This document shows, in pieces, positions 18,168 through 27,299 of a DNA stretch of 64,000 nucleotides. The stretch covers positions 1 to 64,000 of the forward strand of contig JAXDQU010000118.1 of NCBI GenBank assembly GCA_034667685.1, given 5' to 3'. This DNA is from Thermoplasmata archaeon. Its GTDB lineage: Archaea > Thermoplasmatota > SW-10-69-26 > JACQPN01 > JAJPHT01. The notes under the pieces were generated by a model, which was given only the letters and a program-made list of their open reading frames with translations, had not been told where the DNA came from and searched no databases. Made by a program: the position numbers and the translations under genes. How positions within the stretch are numbered: position 1 is the first letter of the stretch; each line of letters starts with the position of its first letter.

Positions 18168-19868
18168 ATGGACGCCCGGCCGCGCACCGTCCAAGCTCTT
18201 CTCCACACAGGGGACCAGTACGTCATCCCCCTTTTTCAGCGGTACTACACCTGGGAGAAGGAAGACTGGGAGCGTCTCTGGAGCGACTTGCTGCTATTGA
18301 TGGAGGAGGGGAGTGAACAAAAGCGACACTTCCTCGGCCCGCTCGTAACGGTTCCAGATCGGCACGCGCCGGGTGCGACGCCGGCGTACATGGTCATTGA
18401 TGGTCAGCAACGGTTGACGACGCTCTCCCTGCTCTTCTGCGCGCTTCGAGACGAAGCTCGAGAGAATGGATGGAATACCCTCGCATCAGAGATCGAGAAG
18501 AGCTACCTCGTGAACGAGTTCCGCACTGGAGATGAGCGCTACAAGCTGTCGTTGCGCCTTCGCGACCGCGCAATGTACCTATCGCTCATCGATGAACCAG
18601 AAACGGCAATCGGCGTCACCCGACTTCTGTCGGCATACCACTATCATCGAAAGCGCATCGGTGGCGAGGAGTTCAACGAATCGGAGGCCTTCCTTCGGGC
18701 CTTCTTCATGACTGCCGCACAGCGATTGGAGTTTGTCGCCATTACACTCGCCGAGGAGAATCCATACAAGATCTTTCAATCCCTGAACTCGACCGGAGTT
18801 CCTCTTGCAGAGGCGGACCTGATTCGAAACTACGTCTTCATGAAAGTACCGGGTAAAGAGCAAGAACGGTTCGATGAGGTCGCGTGGACTCCGTTGGAGC
18901 ACCACTTCGATCAAGCCGGCGTGCTTGATGCCGGAGCTCTCACCGGCTTCCTCCGAGATGCCTTGATCAGCCACGGCTCCTACGTCGGACGCGACGCCAC
19001 TTTCGAGGCCTTCGAGGAACGCTATCCCTTCGAGACTCTCCAGCCGTTCGACGTGCTGAAGGAGTTGAACGAGCTAGCGAAGCTGCGTGACATCATTGCA
19101 GGCTTGAGTGCGCATGCGAGTGAGCCCGTCCACCTTCAGCTCGCCGCGCTCCGCGAATTGGACGTAGGAACCTCTTACCCCCTAATGCTCGAGCTCTTGC
19201 GCCGGCACCAAAATGGCGAGCTTCCGATCGACCAACTGATCGACTGTATCGGCAAGACGTCGGGTTTCGTGTTCAGACGATATGTCTGTGGGGAGAGCTC
19301 GCGCGGCTACGGTCGATGGTTCGCCGCGGCATGCGCGGAAATCGAGACTGACCCGCGCCGGAAGTTGCGTGCGTTCTACGTAGCCAAAGGGTGGCCGCAT
19401 GACGAGCGTTTCCGCGCGGCCTTCGAGAGGATGAACCTCTATCACAGCGGCTACGCCCTCGCGGTCCTCGCACGACTTGAACGGAGCTTGCAGCGATCCA
19501 GCGAGGTCGTCTCACTCGACCAATGTCAGATCGAACACGTCATGCCGCAAACGATCGGCGACGATGAGGAGGGCAAAGATTGGAAGAACTCTCTTGGGGA
19601 AGGCTGGGAACAAACGTGGGCCACATGGCTTCACACGCCCGGAAATCTGACGCTCGTTGGCGGGGACTATAACGCGAGCATGAGCAACCAAGCATTCGAG
19701 GCCAAGAAGCCGATCCTCTCCGAGTCCCGCGTCTATCTCAATGTGCACTTCCGTAATCCCTCACTGCAGACATGGACGGCGAAGGAGATCGCAGAGCGGG
19801 CGCGGACACTTTCTAGCATGGCAAGAACGCTATGGCCGGGATCCGAAGTTGCCCAGACGACGATCTAG
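18168..19868 (+). CDS. gmrSD: GmrSD-family modification-dependent restriction nuclease (DUF262 + DUF1524/HNH)
   Basis: IPLFQRYYTW, VIDGQQRLTT, FQSLNSTG; C-terminal IEHVMPQ...GNLTL...N; start moved to ATG 18168. Confidence 0.9.
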   Translation: MDARPRTVQALLHTGDQYVIPLFQRYYTWEKEDWERLWSDLLLLMEEGSEQKRHFLGPLVTVPDRHAPGATPAYMVIDGQQRLTTLSLLFCALRDEARENGWNTLASEIEKSYLVNEFRTGDERYKLSLRLRDRAMYLSLIDEPETAIGVTRLLSAYHYHRKRIGGEEFNESEAFLRAFFMTAAQRLEFVAITLAEENPYKIFQSLNSTGVPLAEADLIRNYVFMKVPGKEQERFDEVAWTPLEHHFDQAGVLDAGALTGFLRDALISHGSYVGRDATFEAFEERYPFETLQPFDVLKELNELAKLRDIIAGLSAHASEPVHLQLAALRELDVGTSYPLMLELLRRHQNGELPIDQLIDCIGKTSGFVFRRYVCGESSRGYGRWFAAACAEIETDPRRKLRAFYVAKGWPHDERFRAAFERMNLYHSGYALAVLARLERSLQRSSEVVSLDQCQIEHVMPQTIGDDEEGKDWKNSLGEGWEQTWATWLHTPGNLTLVGGDYNASMSNQAFEAKKPILSESRVYLNVHFRNPSLQTWTAKEIAERARTLSSMARTLWPGSEVAQTTI

Positions 19869-20869
19869 ACACCCCTTGGCGAGTTTCGTCCCAGTGCCCT
19901 GGCGCATTTCCTTCCACCGGAAAGAGTCCGGCGGGGCACTCGGGCGAAACAGCGGCACCGTGTCGTTGTTGAAGTACACACCGATGTCGCGCCGCGCGTC
20001 ATCCAACGGCAACATGGGGAACGATCGCACACTTCTACGACAAGCGCGGACCCCATCTCGAGTGGCTCAGAGGGCAGGTGTGTCCGCGCACTTGTGTCCT
20101 TTGCTTGCGCGAAATGTGCGGGGAAAACCAGTCATCCGAGGATCAAGAACCGGTTCTTCCACGCCGGGGCGGCTCCTCGCAACCTCGGCCGGCCTCTACA
20201 AGGGACACCGGTGCGAGGAGCCCAATCCTAGACTTCACAACAAGTGTTCACTCGGGTCTTCCCGGACCCCTTGGCTTAAGAGGCACCTTCGTTGCGTCGG
20301 CACAGAAGTAGCACTGCCGGCAGTCCATGAGGTTCCACTGACCCTCGAGGGCTTCTCCATCGGGCTGGCGGCTGTTCTACTTCTTCCCAAGTGCGGACAT
20401 GCTCGTCGGCGCACTACCTTTGAGCTGCAAGGCGGATGCACTTTCTAAGAGCCGAAGGGAGCACCTTGGTCAGGTTCTACATTTTGATCACCGGTTTCGT
20501 CGGCGCTCGTGCGTCGAGGGAACCATCGAGCGGGTCGGTAATCGTTCTCCTTCTTGTATTCGTCGCACATCTTCACGCGCTGAGCTGCTGCGGACACTTT
20601 CCGCCAAGAAGAAAATCGCCGACGAAATTATCAAGGGGGCGCGGTAGCGCGCGAGCGTGGCCGATCCACACGTGCAAATGAGGGATGACGCTCCTCCACG
20701 CTCCTCAAAGGCCGAGCCGTCTGGACTTTGCGAACTTGCCGTGTGGACGCGCCGTTCTGGCTGGATGGCCTCCGTCGGCAGCCACGCCGTGCCAATGACT
20801 GTGGGCATGGCGCCTGGGAGTGCACACCGCTCTGTTCAGAGGAGCTCAGCCGTTTGGGGATGAAGCCCG

Positions 20870-22495
20870 ATGCTGTTTCACGAGACGGGGAGTTTGTGGG
20901 CCATCGTCGCCTCTTCCTTCGTCTCGCTCAAGTTCTCTCTCTTGGGCACAGGGCGGGGCCTGAGGATGCTTGTCGGTCTTGCCTTGGCCGTGAGCTTTCG
21001 GATGAATCGCTCGGGAGGAAGCCTTAATCGCGTCGAGGAATTTGGTGGCGCTGGAGGTGTTTCCCCTACGAGCCAACCCGAAAGGGTTGGCGAAGGAAGC
21101 CCTGCAACCTGCATTCGCCCCGAAGCCCCACTGCCCCAAGACGTCGAGAAGCTCCTGAGCCTCCTCCCGCCCGGCTACCGCCTCGTGAAGACGACGCCGG
21201 CTGGCGAGCGGATCCTGGACGCGTTCGCGGACGGTAACGCGGGAATCACGCCCTTGCAACGGGCGGTCACCCGCACAATCCCAACGCCCGCGTATTCGTT
21301 CAAGGACTTCTGCCTGGACAAGTTCCTGAGTGCCAAGAGGCCCTTCGGCCGCATCATGGCCGAAGGCACCTTCGAGAACACGGAACGAATCCTCGCACAG
21401 CTCGAACGCGAAGGCGTGCCGACGGACCCACCCGACTGGATCAAGTTCGTTGAGTGGATCAAGAGGCACCCGAAGAGCTCTGCCGGCTGCGAGAACCACC
21501 GGCGCGCGATGGTCTGGAAGAGCGCGTACTACCGCATCCCCGTACCCGACGAGGAGTGGGCCCGCAAGCGGCTGGACAATGCCAAGGACGTCGAGGTCGC
21601 CCGCCGAGAAGGCAGGATGAAGGCGCGCGTGCGCTTCTTCCGCTTGCCCTTCAGCGCGGGACGCCTCGTCGCCGCCGAGGCCACGGCCCACGCCCACTCG
21701 CTCAACGCGGCCACGCACCGCGTGATCGCGTACACGAGCACGTATGTGGGCCCGCGCGGTAGCGAGCTCTACTGGGTGACCAACGGCGACTACGACGCGC
21801 AGCTCAACAGCCTGCACTCGTGGCAGCCGAAGAAGAAGTCCTACCGGGACGTGCAACCTCCCGAGGACTACGCTCTTGGCAGCCTGTTGGACCCGAGCAT
21901 CGCGTGGTACAGGACCTACGTGCGCCCGAAGCTCGATCCTGATGGCCAGTACGGTGGCCCGACCGACCGCCTGTTCCTCTTCTGGGACGCGGAGATCGGC
22001 CATGGCCGTCCCTGGCCGACGGAGGAAGCCTACGCGCAGTTCGTGGAGCGCGGCATTGACGCCGTCCTGGGCCCCAACACGCCGGGCCCTCACGGGTGGC
22101 GTCGGCTCTGCGCGACGCTACGGTACCGCTACGGCTGGACCATCGAGCAGATCGCGTCGTTCCTGGACGACACCGATGGCGTCGTTCGGAAGAGCTACAT
22201 CGACTGGAAGTGGATCAACCGGGTCGGCATCATCCGACCCGAAGCAGGCGTCTCGCGCCCGCTGATCCCGAGACTACGAGTGGGGCAAACTTTCGGAGTA
22301 CCCGAGTCGTTCCTCGGCAAAGACTACCCACGCGCGGGTCGTCGCCGACAAGGGATGACGCAGGCTCCGACGAATGAGGTTGCGACAAGGGGATTGGGAC
22401 CCAAAATCCCAAACAAACCCCCCGAAATCCCGAGGAGAATTGCAGTGGACGCGGCGAGATTCGAACTCGCGGCCTCTCCCATGCCAAGGGAGTGA
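20870..22495 (+). CDS. Tyrosine integrase whose C-terminus reads into tRNA-Ala (start uncertain, possibly 21002 or later)
   Basis: GPRGSE (R), HGWRR (HxxR), RKSYI (Y); similar to 16387-17673; the last ~16 codons are antisense tRNA-Ala. Confidence 0.85.
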   Translation: MLFHETGSLWAIVASSFVSLKFSLLGTGRGLRMLVGLALAVSFRMNRSGGSLNRVEEFGGAGGVSPTSQPERVGEGSPATCIRPEAPLPQDVEKLLSLLPPGYRLVKTTPAGERILDAFADGNAGITPLQRAVTRTIPTPAYSFKDFCLDKFLSAKRPFGRIMAEGTFENTERILAQLEREGVPTDPPDWIKFVEWIKRHPKSSAGCENHRRAMVWKSAYYRIPVPDEEWARKRLDNAKDVEVARREGRMKARVRFFRLPFSAGRLVAAEATAHAHSLNAATHRVIAYTSTYVGPRGSELYWVTNGDYDAQLNSLHSWQPKKKSYRDVQPPEDYALGSLLDPSIAWYRTYVRPKLDPDGQYGGPTDRLFLFWDAEIGHGRPWPTEEAYAQFVERGIDAVLGPNTPGPHGWRRLCATLRYRYGWTIEQIASFLDDTDGVVRKSYIDWKWINRVGIIRPEAGVSRPLIPRLRVGQTFGVPESFLGKDYPRAGRRRQGMTQAPTNEVATRGLGPKIPNKPPEIPRRIAVDAARFELAASPMPRE

Positions 22496-22518
22496 TCTAC
22501 CAACTGATCTACGCGCCC
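22446..22518 (-). tRNA. tRNA-Ala(GGC)
   Basis: GGGCGCG...CTCCC-TTGGCAT-GGGAG...GCGAG-TTCGAAT-CTCGC-CGCGTCC-A; G3:U70 pair; no encoded CCA. Confidence 0.97.
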
Positions 22519-22543
22519 GGGTTGCAGACACTCGTTGCGAGTG

Positions 22544-22570
22544 TGGGTCCGTCCAGATTTGAACTGGAGG
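22544..22570 (-). other. Orphan tRNA 3' fragment (T-arm + acceptor strand)
   Basis: Minus strand reads CC-TCCAG-TTCAAAT-CTGGA-CGGACCC-A, 2 nt after the tRNA-Val discriminator. Confidence 0.7.
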
Positions 22571-22572
22571 AA

Positions 22573-22646
22573 TGGGCTCACCCAGATTCGAACTGGGGAT
22601 CTTCTCCATGTCAAGGAGATGTCCTAACCAACTAGACCATGAGCCC
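22573..22646 (-). tRNA. tRNA-Val(GAC)
   Basis: GGGCTCA...TCTCC-TTGACAT-GGAGA...CCCAG-TTCGAAT-CTGGG-TGAGCCC-A cloverleaf. Confidence 0.97.
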
Positions 22647-22800
22647 GGGTTTGACCCCTGGGGGGACGTCGCGAGCAAAGCGTTTCCCCTATTTCATGGT
22701 TGGGGACGCTTCGCAGGCCGTGGGCGCTGGCGAAATCCTCGGTTTGGAGCCGTCCAATCCTTTATATCCAAGCCGGCCTTCGCAGCCCTCGTCGATCCCC

Positions 22801-22929
22801 ATGCCTTCGAAGGCGATGTGTCCCCAGTGTGGCCAGAAGATTCGCGGCGCGTCCCACGTCTGCGATCCGACGAAGGTCGTGCGCGAGCAGAAGCGCCTGG
22901 CTGTTCTCGCGAAGCTTGCGAGCAAGTAG
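22801..22929 (+). CDS. Small basic zinc-finger protein (CxxC...HxC), 42 aa
   Basis: MPSKAMCPQCGQKIRGASHVCDP...; TATA box TTTATAT about 35-40 bp upstream; T-rich tract after the stop. Confidence 0.65.
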   Translation: MPSKAMCPQCGQKIRGASHVCDPTKVVREQKRLAVLAKLASK

Positions 22930-22972
22930 TCGTTTTTCGTTCTTTTCCGCGGCCGCCCTCGGCTCTTGGAAG

Positions 22973-23686
22973 CTAGGGTGGCAGCGCTTTCACGCCGAAG
23001 CGTACGCCTTGGCGTCCGGGTTGCGTCAGCGTGAGCCGGAGGGGTCCGAGCTCGCGCAGGTTCGTGACGAGTGGCGCGTCGCAGGGGAGGGTGGAGTGCG
23101 TGCCGCAGCGGACGATGCGCAGGGTGGGCTCGTCGGGGGCGACGTCGTCGAGGGCCACGAGCTTGGCGGCGTCGTCGCGCGGGGTCCAGGTGGCGGTGAC
23201 GTCTTCGCGCGTGGCGGCGAGCTCGTTGGCGCGCGCGACGATGCGGGGGAGCGCGGTGCGCGGGTCTTCGCGCAGCGTGACGTTCGCGCGCGTCTCGCCT
23301 CCGCCCACGACGCGCGGGGGCTCCAGGAGGGTGGCGCGCTGCTCGGCGAGGGCGGCGATCAGGAGGTGCATGGCGGCGTGGGCGCGGGCGTTCTGCTCGC
23401 GGCGGGGCGCGTCGAGGTGGAGCTGGGCCTTGGCGCCCACGGCGGGGAGCGGGCCGGAGGTCTTGTGGACGAGGTTTCCGCGCGAGTCCCAGAAGACCTT
23501 GTCGAGCTTCAGCTTGTGGCCTTCGGCGAGGACGTGGCCGAGGTCGCAGGGCTGCGCGTGGTGATAGCGCGCGTCGGCGGCGTGGAAGACGGTCTTGTCG
23601 AGGACGAAGCCGCCCGCGGCGTGGCCGATCACCTCGGCGAGGGCGGTCTTGCGCCGCGGGTCCTCCAGGTAGAGGCGTTGGGTCAC
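22973..23686 (-). CDS. AlaX-like alanyl-tRNA editing-domain protein (degenerate motifs)
   Basis: MTQRLYLED start (GTG 23686), VLDKTVF, HAAMH (HxxxH), LRIV...LPC. Confidence 0.8.
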   Translation of the reverse strand: MTQRLYLEDPRRKTALAEVIGHAAGGFVLDKTVFHAADARYHHAQPCDLGHVLAEGHKLKLDKVFWDSRGNLVHKTSGPLPAVGAKAQLHLDAPRREQNARAHAAMHLLIAALAEQRATLLEPPRVVGGGETRANVTLREDPRTALPRIVARANELAATREDVTATWTPRDDAAKLVALDDVAPDEPTLRIVRCGTHSTLPCDAPLVTNLRELGPLRLTLTQPGRQGVRFGVKALPP

Positions 23687-23778
23687 GCGCAAGGCGCGCT
23701 CGCACCGCGCTCCCGCCGCTTCAACCCGCGCGGATCGCTCGTCGAAAGGAACATCCCCTGCGGGGCGCACGGGCGCTC

Positions 23779-24489
23779 GTGCCGCCGAGCATCGAGGCGC
23801 GCGGGCTCGTGAAGCGCTTCGGCGCGGTGCGCGCGTTGGACGGGCTCGACCTCGCGGTGGAGCCGGGCGAGCTCTATGGTCTCGTGGGGCCCAACGGCAG
23901 CGGCAAGACGACGCTGATCCGCATCCTCACCGCGTTGGAGCCGCCCACGCGCGGTCGCGCCCGCGTGCTGGGCCGCCGGCCGGGCGCGCGCGCCGCGGAG
24001 GTCGGCTTCATGCCGCAGGAGGACGCGCTCTACCCGGACCTGTCGGTGCGCGAGAACCTCGTCTTCTTCGCGGGGCTCTACGGCGCGCGGTTCGACGCCC
24101 GCGCGCGGCGGATGCTGCGCCTGGTGCGCCTGTGGGACGAGCGCGACCGGCTCGTGGGCGAGCTCTCGGGCGGGATGCGCCGGCGCGCGAGCCTGGCCGC
24201 GGCGCTCGTGCACGATCCGCGCGTGCTCTTCCTCGACGAGCCCACGGTGGGCGTCGACCCGCTGCTGCGCAGGGAGCTGTGGGCGAGCTTCCGGGAGCGC
24301 GCGGACGCGGGCGCGTCGCTGCTGATCACGACGCACCACCTGGAGGAGGCGCGCCGGTGCGACCGCGTCGGGCTCCTCTGGGAGGGCCGCATGCTGCGCG
24401 AGGGGCCGCCCGCGCAGCTCATGGAGGAGGCGGGCGCCTCGATGCTGGAGGATGCCTTCCTCCATTTCGTGGAGGAGGCCTCCGCCTGA
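23779..24489 (+). CDS. ABC transporter ATP-binding protein
   Basis: GPNGSGKT, LSGGM, LFLDEPT, TTH. Confidence 0.95.
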   Translation: MPPSIEARGLVKRFGAVRALDGLDLAVEPGELYGLVGPNGSGKTTLIRILTALEPPTRGRARVLGRRPGARAAEVGFMPQEDALYPDLSVRENLVFFAGLYGARFDARARRMLRLVRLWDERDRLVGELSGGMRRRASLAAALVHDPRVLFLDEPTVGVDPLLRRELWASFRERADAGASLLITTHHLEEARRCDRVGLLWEGRMLREGPPAQLMEEAGASMLEDAFLHFVEEASA

Positions 24490-24491
24490 GC

Positions 24492-25595
24492 ATGCCGCGC
24501 GCGCTCGTCGTGGCCCGCCGCGTGCTCACGCAGATGCGCCGCGACCGGCGCACGCTCGCGCTCATCATCGTGCAGCCGATCCTCATCATCGGCATCTTCG
24601 GCTACGCGTTCGGCGGCCAGGTGACGGGCGCGCGTGTGGCCATCGCCGACCTCGATCGCGGCGAGCTGGGCGGCAAGATCGTCGAGAAGCTCAACCGCTC
24701 GACGATCACGATCGTCCCCGTCGCGAGCGCCGCCGAAGCGCAAGCCGCGCTGGAGAGCGGCGAGGCCGTCGCGGGCGTCGTCATCCCCGCCAACTACACC
24801 GCGCAGTCCGAGGCGGCCGCGAGCGGGCAGGACGCGACGTCGCTCCTGATCGTCTACGAGGACGCGACGAACTCCATCGTCACCGGCGCGGTGCTCAAGG
24901 CGCTGGGCGACGCGGTCGCGGACGCCCTGCACGCGCAGACGAGCCGCGCGCCGGGCTTCGCGATCGAGGAGCACGCCGTCTACGGCCAGAAGGACGAAGG
25001 CGAGTTGGACTTCCTCGTGCCCGGCATCGTCGCGTTCGCCATCTTCCAGCTGGGCAGCCTGCTCACCGTCGTCTCGCTCGTGAAGGAGCGCACGCTGGGC
25101 ACGCTCCCGCGCGTCATGTCGAGCCCCGCGAAGCGATGGGAGATCGTCTCCGGCTACACGCTCGCCTTCCTGCTCCTCTCGCTCGCGCAGGCATGCGCCA
25201 TCCTCCTTGTCGCGACGCTCGTCTTCGGCGTCGAGGTGCGCGGCAGCGTGCTCTTGGCGCTCCTCACGACGACGCTCGTGGGCGTCGTCGCGCTGGGCTT
25301 CGGCATCCTCGTCTCGGGCCTCGCCCGCAGCGAGTTCCAGGCCGTGCAGGCCGTCTTCCTCGTCTCGTTCCCCAACATGTTCCTCGCCGGCATCTTCGCG
25401 CCCGTCGAGTCGATGCCCGCCTTCCTGCGCCCCGTGACGCGCTTCGTGCCGCTCTCCTACGCGGTGCACGCGCTGCGCGAGACGATCAACCGCGGCGGCC
25501 GCCTCAACGAGGTCGCGCCTGATATCGCGGTCCTCGCGCTCCTCGCGGTCCTCTTCCTGGGCCTCGCCACGATCTCCTTCGCGCGGAAGACGTGA
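24492..25595 (+). CDS. ABC-2 type permease
   Basis: Start ATG 24492 (MPRALVVARR...RRDRR); KER..GTL motif; six TM segments; PLSYAV. Confidence 0.92.
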   Translation: MPRALVVARRVLTQMRRDRRTLALIIVQPILIIGIFGYAFGGQVTGARVAIADLDRGELGGKIVEKLNRSTITIVPVASAAEAQAALESGEAVAGVVIPANYTAQSEAAASGQDATSLLIVYEDATNSIVTGAVLKALGDAVADALHAQTSRAPGFAIEEHAVYGQKDEGELDFLVPGIVAFAIFQLGSLLTVVSLVKERTLGTLPRVMSSPAKRWEIVSGYTLAFLLLSLAQACAILLVATLVFGVEVRGSVLLALLTTTLVGVVALGFGILVSGLARSEFQAVQAVFLVSFPNMFLAGIFAPVESMPAFLRPVTRFVPLSYAVHALRETINRGGRLNEVAPDIAVLALLAVLFLGLATISFARKT

Positions 25596-27269
25596 TCATC
25601 CGCTGGGCCTGGGCTTGCGGCCCCCGCGCGGACGCTTGCGCGACGGATCGCTCTCGTCCGCGTCGAGCTCGGCCTCCTCCTCGCGCTCGCGGTGCGCGCG
25701 CCCCAAGCGCAGCACGAGGTCGATGCCCACGAGGACCACGACGACGGCCAGCGCGAGGAGGCCCCACGGACCGCGCAGCGCGCCGAGCAGACGCGAGAAT
25801 AGGTTCGCCGGCTCGGGCGGCGCGGCGACCGGCCCCGTGCCCGCGACGCGCGTCGTGTGCAGCCCGCCGAAGTCGTCGTTCCAGCCGATCGCGACCAGCG
25901 GCGCGCCCGCGGCGGCCTGCCCCACCTGGCGCACGACGACGCGGAAGTCGGTCGCCTGGTTGGGCTTGAGGTCCGCGATGAGGTCGGGCCGGTCCGACCG
26001 GAGGCCGGAGCCCTCGGCCGCCTCGACGCGCGGGTTCCACGCCGTGCCCGTGCCGCTGTTGACGACCGTGCCCGTCAGCACGAGCCCGCCCTCGGCGCGT
26101 TCGAGGCGCGCGTCGAGCACGCGGATCTTGACGCTGCCCACGACGCGCACGCCGAAGCTGAACGTCTGGTCGCGCTGAAAGCCGTCGACGGTGTACGTGG
26201 CCTGGACCGCGAAGGGCACGAGGTCCTCGGGCCGCAGGCTCGCGATCACGGACGCCTCGACCGCGGCGCTCTGGCGGGGCCCGAGTTGCGCGCGGTGGAG
26301 CAGGAGCGCGCTGCCGTTGCCCGGCGTGATCGCCTGCGTGGACGTGGCGCCCCCGAGCCCGCCCAGGACCTGCTGGCTGGGCGGCACGAGCGTCAGGTCG
26401 AGGTTCGTCACGTTCGACGCGGTGGGATTCGCGACCTCCAGCGAGATGTTGCCCGGCTCGCCCGCGACGAGCGCCGCGTCGGCCATCGTGATATCAAGCG
26501 GCGCGCTCACGGGCGGCGCGATCTGGACGTTGAGCGTGCGCGTCACGGTCCGGATCACGCCCGCGTCGTCGGCGAACGTGAACGTGAGGCTCAGCGACGC
26601 GCTGCCCGCCGCCTCGGGCGTCGCCACGCGCACGACCAAAGCCGACGAATTGTTCGCGGCGAGGTCGCGCAGCGAGCGCTGCACCTGCCCGACCACGATG
26701 AGGCCGCCGGAGGCCGGCTGCACGAGGATCGAGGTGCCGTGCATGCCGCTGGGGCCGAGGTTCACGACCTCCACGAAGACGTTCGTGCGCTGCTTCGCGG
26801 GGATGGCCGAGACGGGGCCGAGCAACTCGACGTCGGGCGCGCCCGCGAAGCTCGTGGCGGTGGTCGCCGAGGCGTTGCCCGTGGTGGTCGTGGTCGTCGT
26901 GGTCGTGGCCGGAGGATCGGCGGCCACGAGCGCGGGGGCGGGCGCGGCCGCCGCGACGGGCTTGGCCGGAGCCGGACCCGCGGGGGCGATCGTGGGTGCC
27001 GGGAGCGCGAGCAGCTTGGGCTGAGGCTGAGGCTGAGGCTGAGGCTGAGGCTGAGGCTGAGGCTGAGGCTGAGGCTGAGGCTGGGGATCAGCGCGCGGTG
27101 CGGCCACGCTCGGCGCCGCTGCCGCCGGATGCGCCGGGGCGCCCGGAAGCGCCGGGGGCGCCGCGGGAGGTGCCATCTGCTCGGCGGGCACCGACGCGAC
27201 GAGGGCGAGCAGGGCCACGAGCGCGGACGGGAGGCTCATCAGGCAGCCCCTTGCCGCGCTGGGGGACAT
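25596..27269 (-). CDS. Surface protein (COG1361/CARDB-like Ig domains), Pro/Gln-rich N-terminal linker, C-terminal TM anchor
   Basis: Signal peptide, (QP)n and poly-Thr linkers, repeated beta-sandwich motifs (VVNLG, VANP, VVNSGTGTAWN), TM plus basic tail. Confidence 0.8.
   Translation of the reverse strand: MSPSAARGCLMSLPSALVALLALVASVPAEQMAPPAAPPALPGAPAHPAAAAPSVAAPRADPQPQPQPQPQPQPQPQPQPQPQPKLLALPAPTIAPAGPAPAKPVAAAAPAPALVAADPPATTTTTTTTTGNASATTATSFAGAPDVELLGPVSAIPAKQRTNVFVEVVNLGPSGMHGTSILVQPASGGLIVVGQVQRSLRDLAANNSSALVVRVATPEAAGSASLSLTFTFADDAGVIRTVTRTLNVQIAPPVSAPLDITMADAALVAGEPGNISLEVANPTASNVTNLDLTLVPPSQQVLGGLGGATSTQAITPGNGSALLLHRAQLGPRQSAAVEASVIASLRPEDLVPFAVQATYTVDGFQRDQTFSFGVRVVGSVKIRVLDARLERAEGGLVLTGTVVNSGTGTAWNPRVEAAEGSGLRSDRPDLIADLKPNQATDFRVVVRQVGQAAAGAPLVAIGWNDDFGGLHTTRVAGTGPVAAPPEPANLFSRLLGALRGPWGLLALAVVVVLVGIDLVLRLGRAHREREEEAELDADESDPSRKRPRGGRKPRPSG
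27019..27084. repeat. Hexanucleotide tandem repeat (GGCTGA)x10 plus one variant, encoding (QP)n
   Basis: Read directly from the sequence. Confidence 0.97.
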
Positions 27270-27299
27270 GACCGATCCCGCCGGAGCCTCGATGTGATA

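Larger units (their letters stand above)
1..22518. mobile_element. tRNA-anchored defence island (probably tandem integrated elements), left end outside the window
   Basis: Integrase abutting the tRNA-Ala 3' end, a second integrase, dense defence genes, and visibly less extreme GC than the core genes after 23 kb. Confidence 0.65.

Noticed and set aside
20743-20751. GTGGACGCG as an att copy of tRNA-Ala
   Set aside because: Only 9 bp; expected by chance in GC-rich DNA.
19869-20869. Coding gene between gmrSD and integrase 2
   Set aside because: Only short ORFs in conflicting frames with no recognisable motifs; possibly decayed sequence.
27019-27084. CRISPR array
   Set aside because: A 6-bp tandem repeat without spacers inside a CDS; no repeat-spacer array or cas gene was seen in the window.
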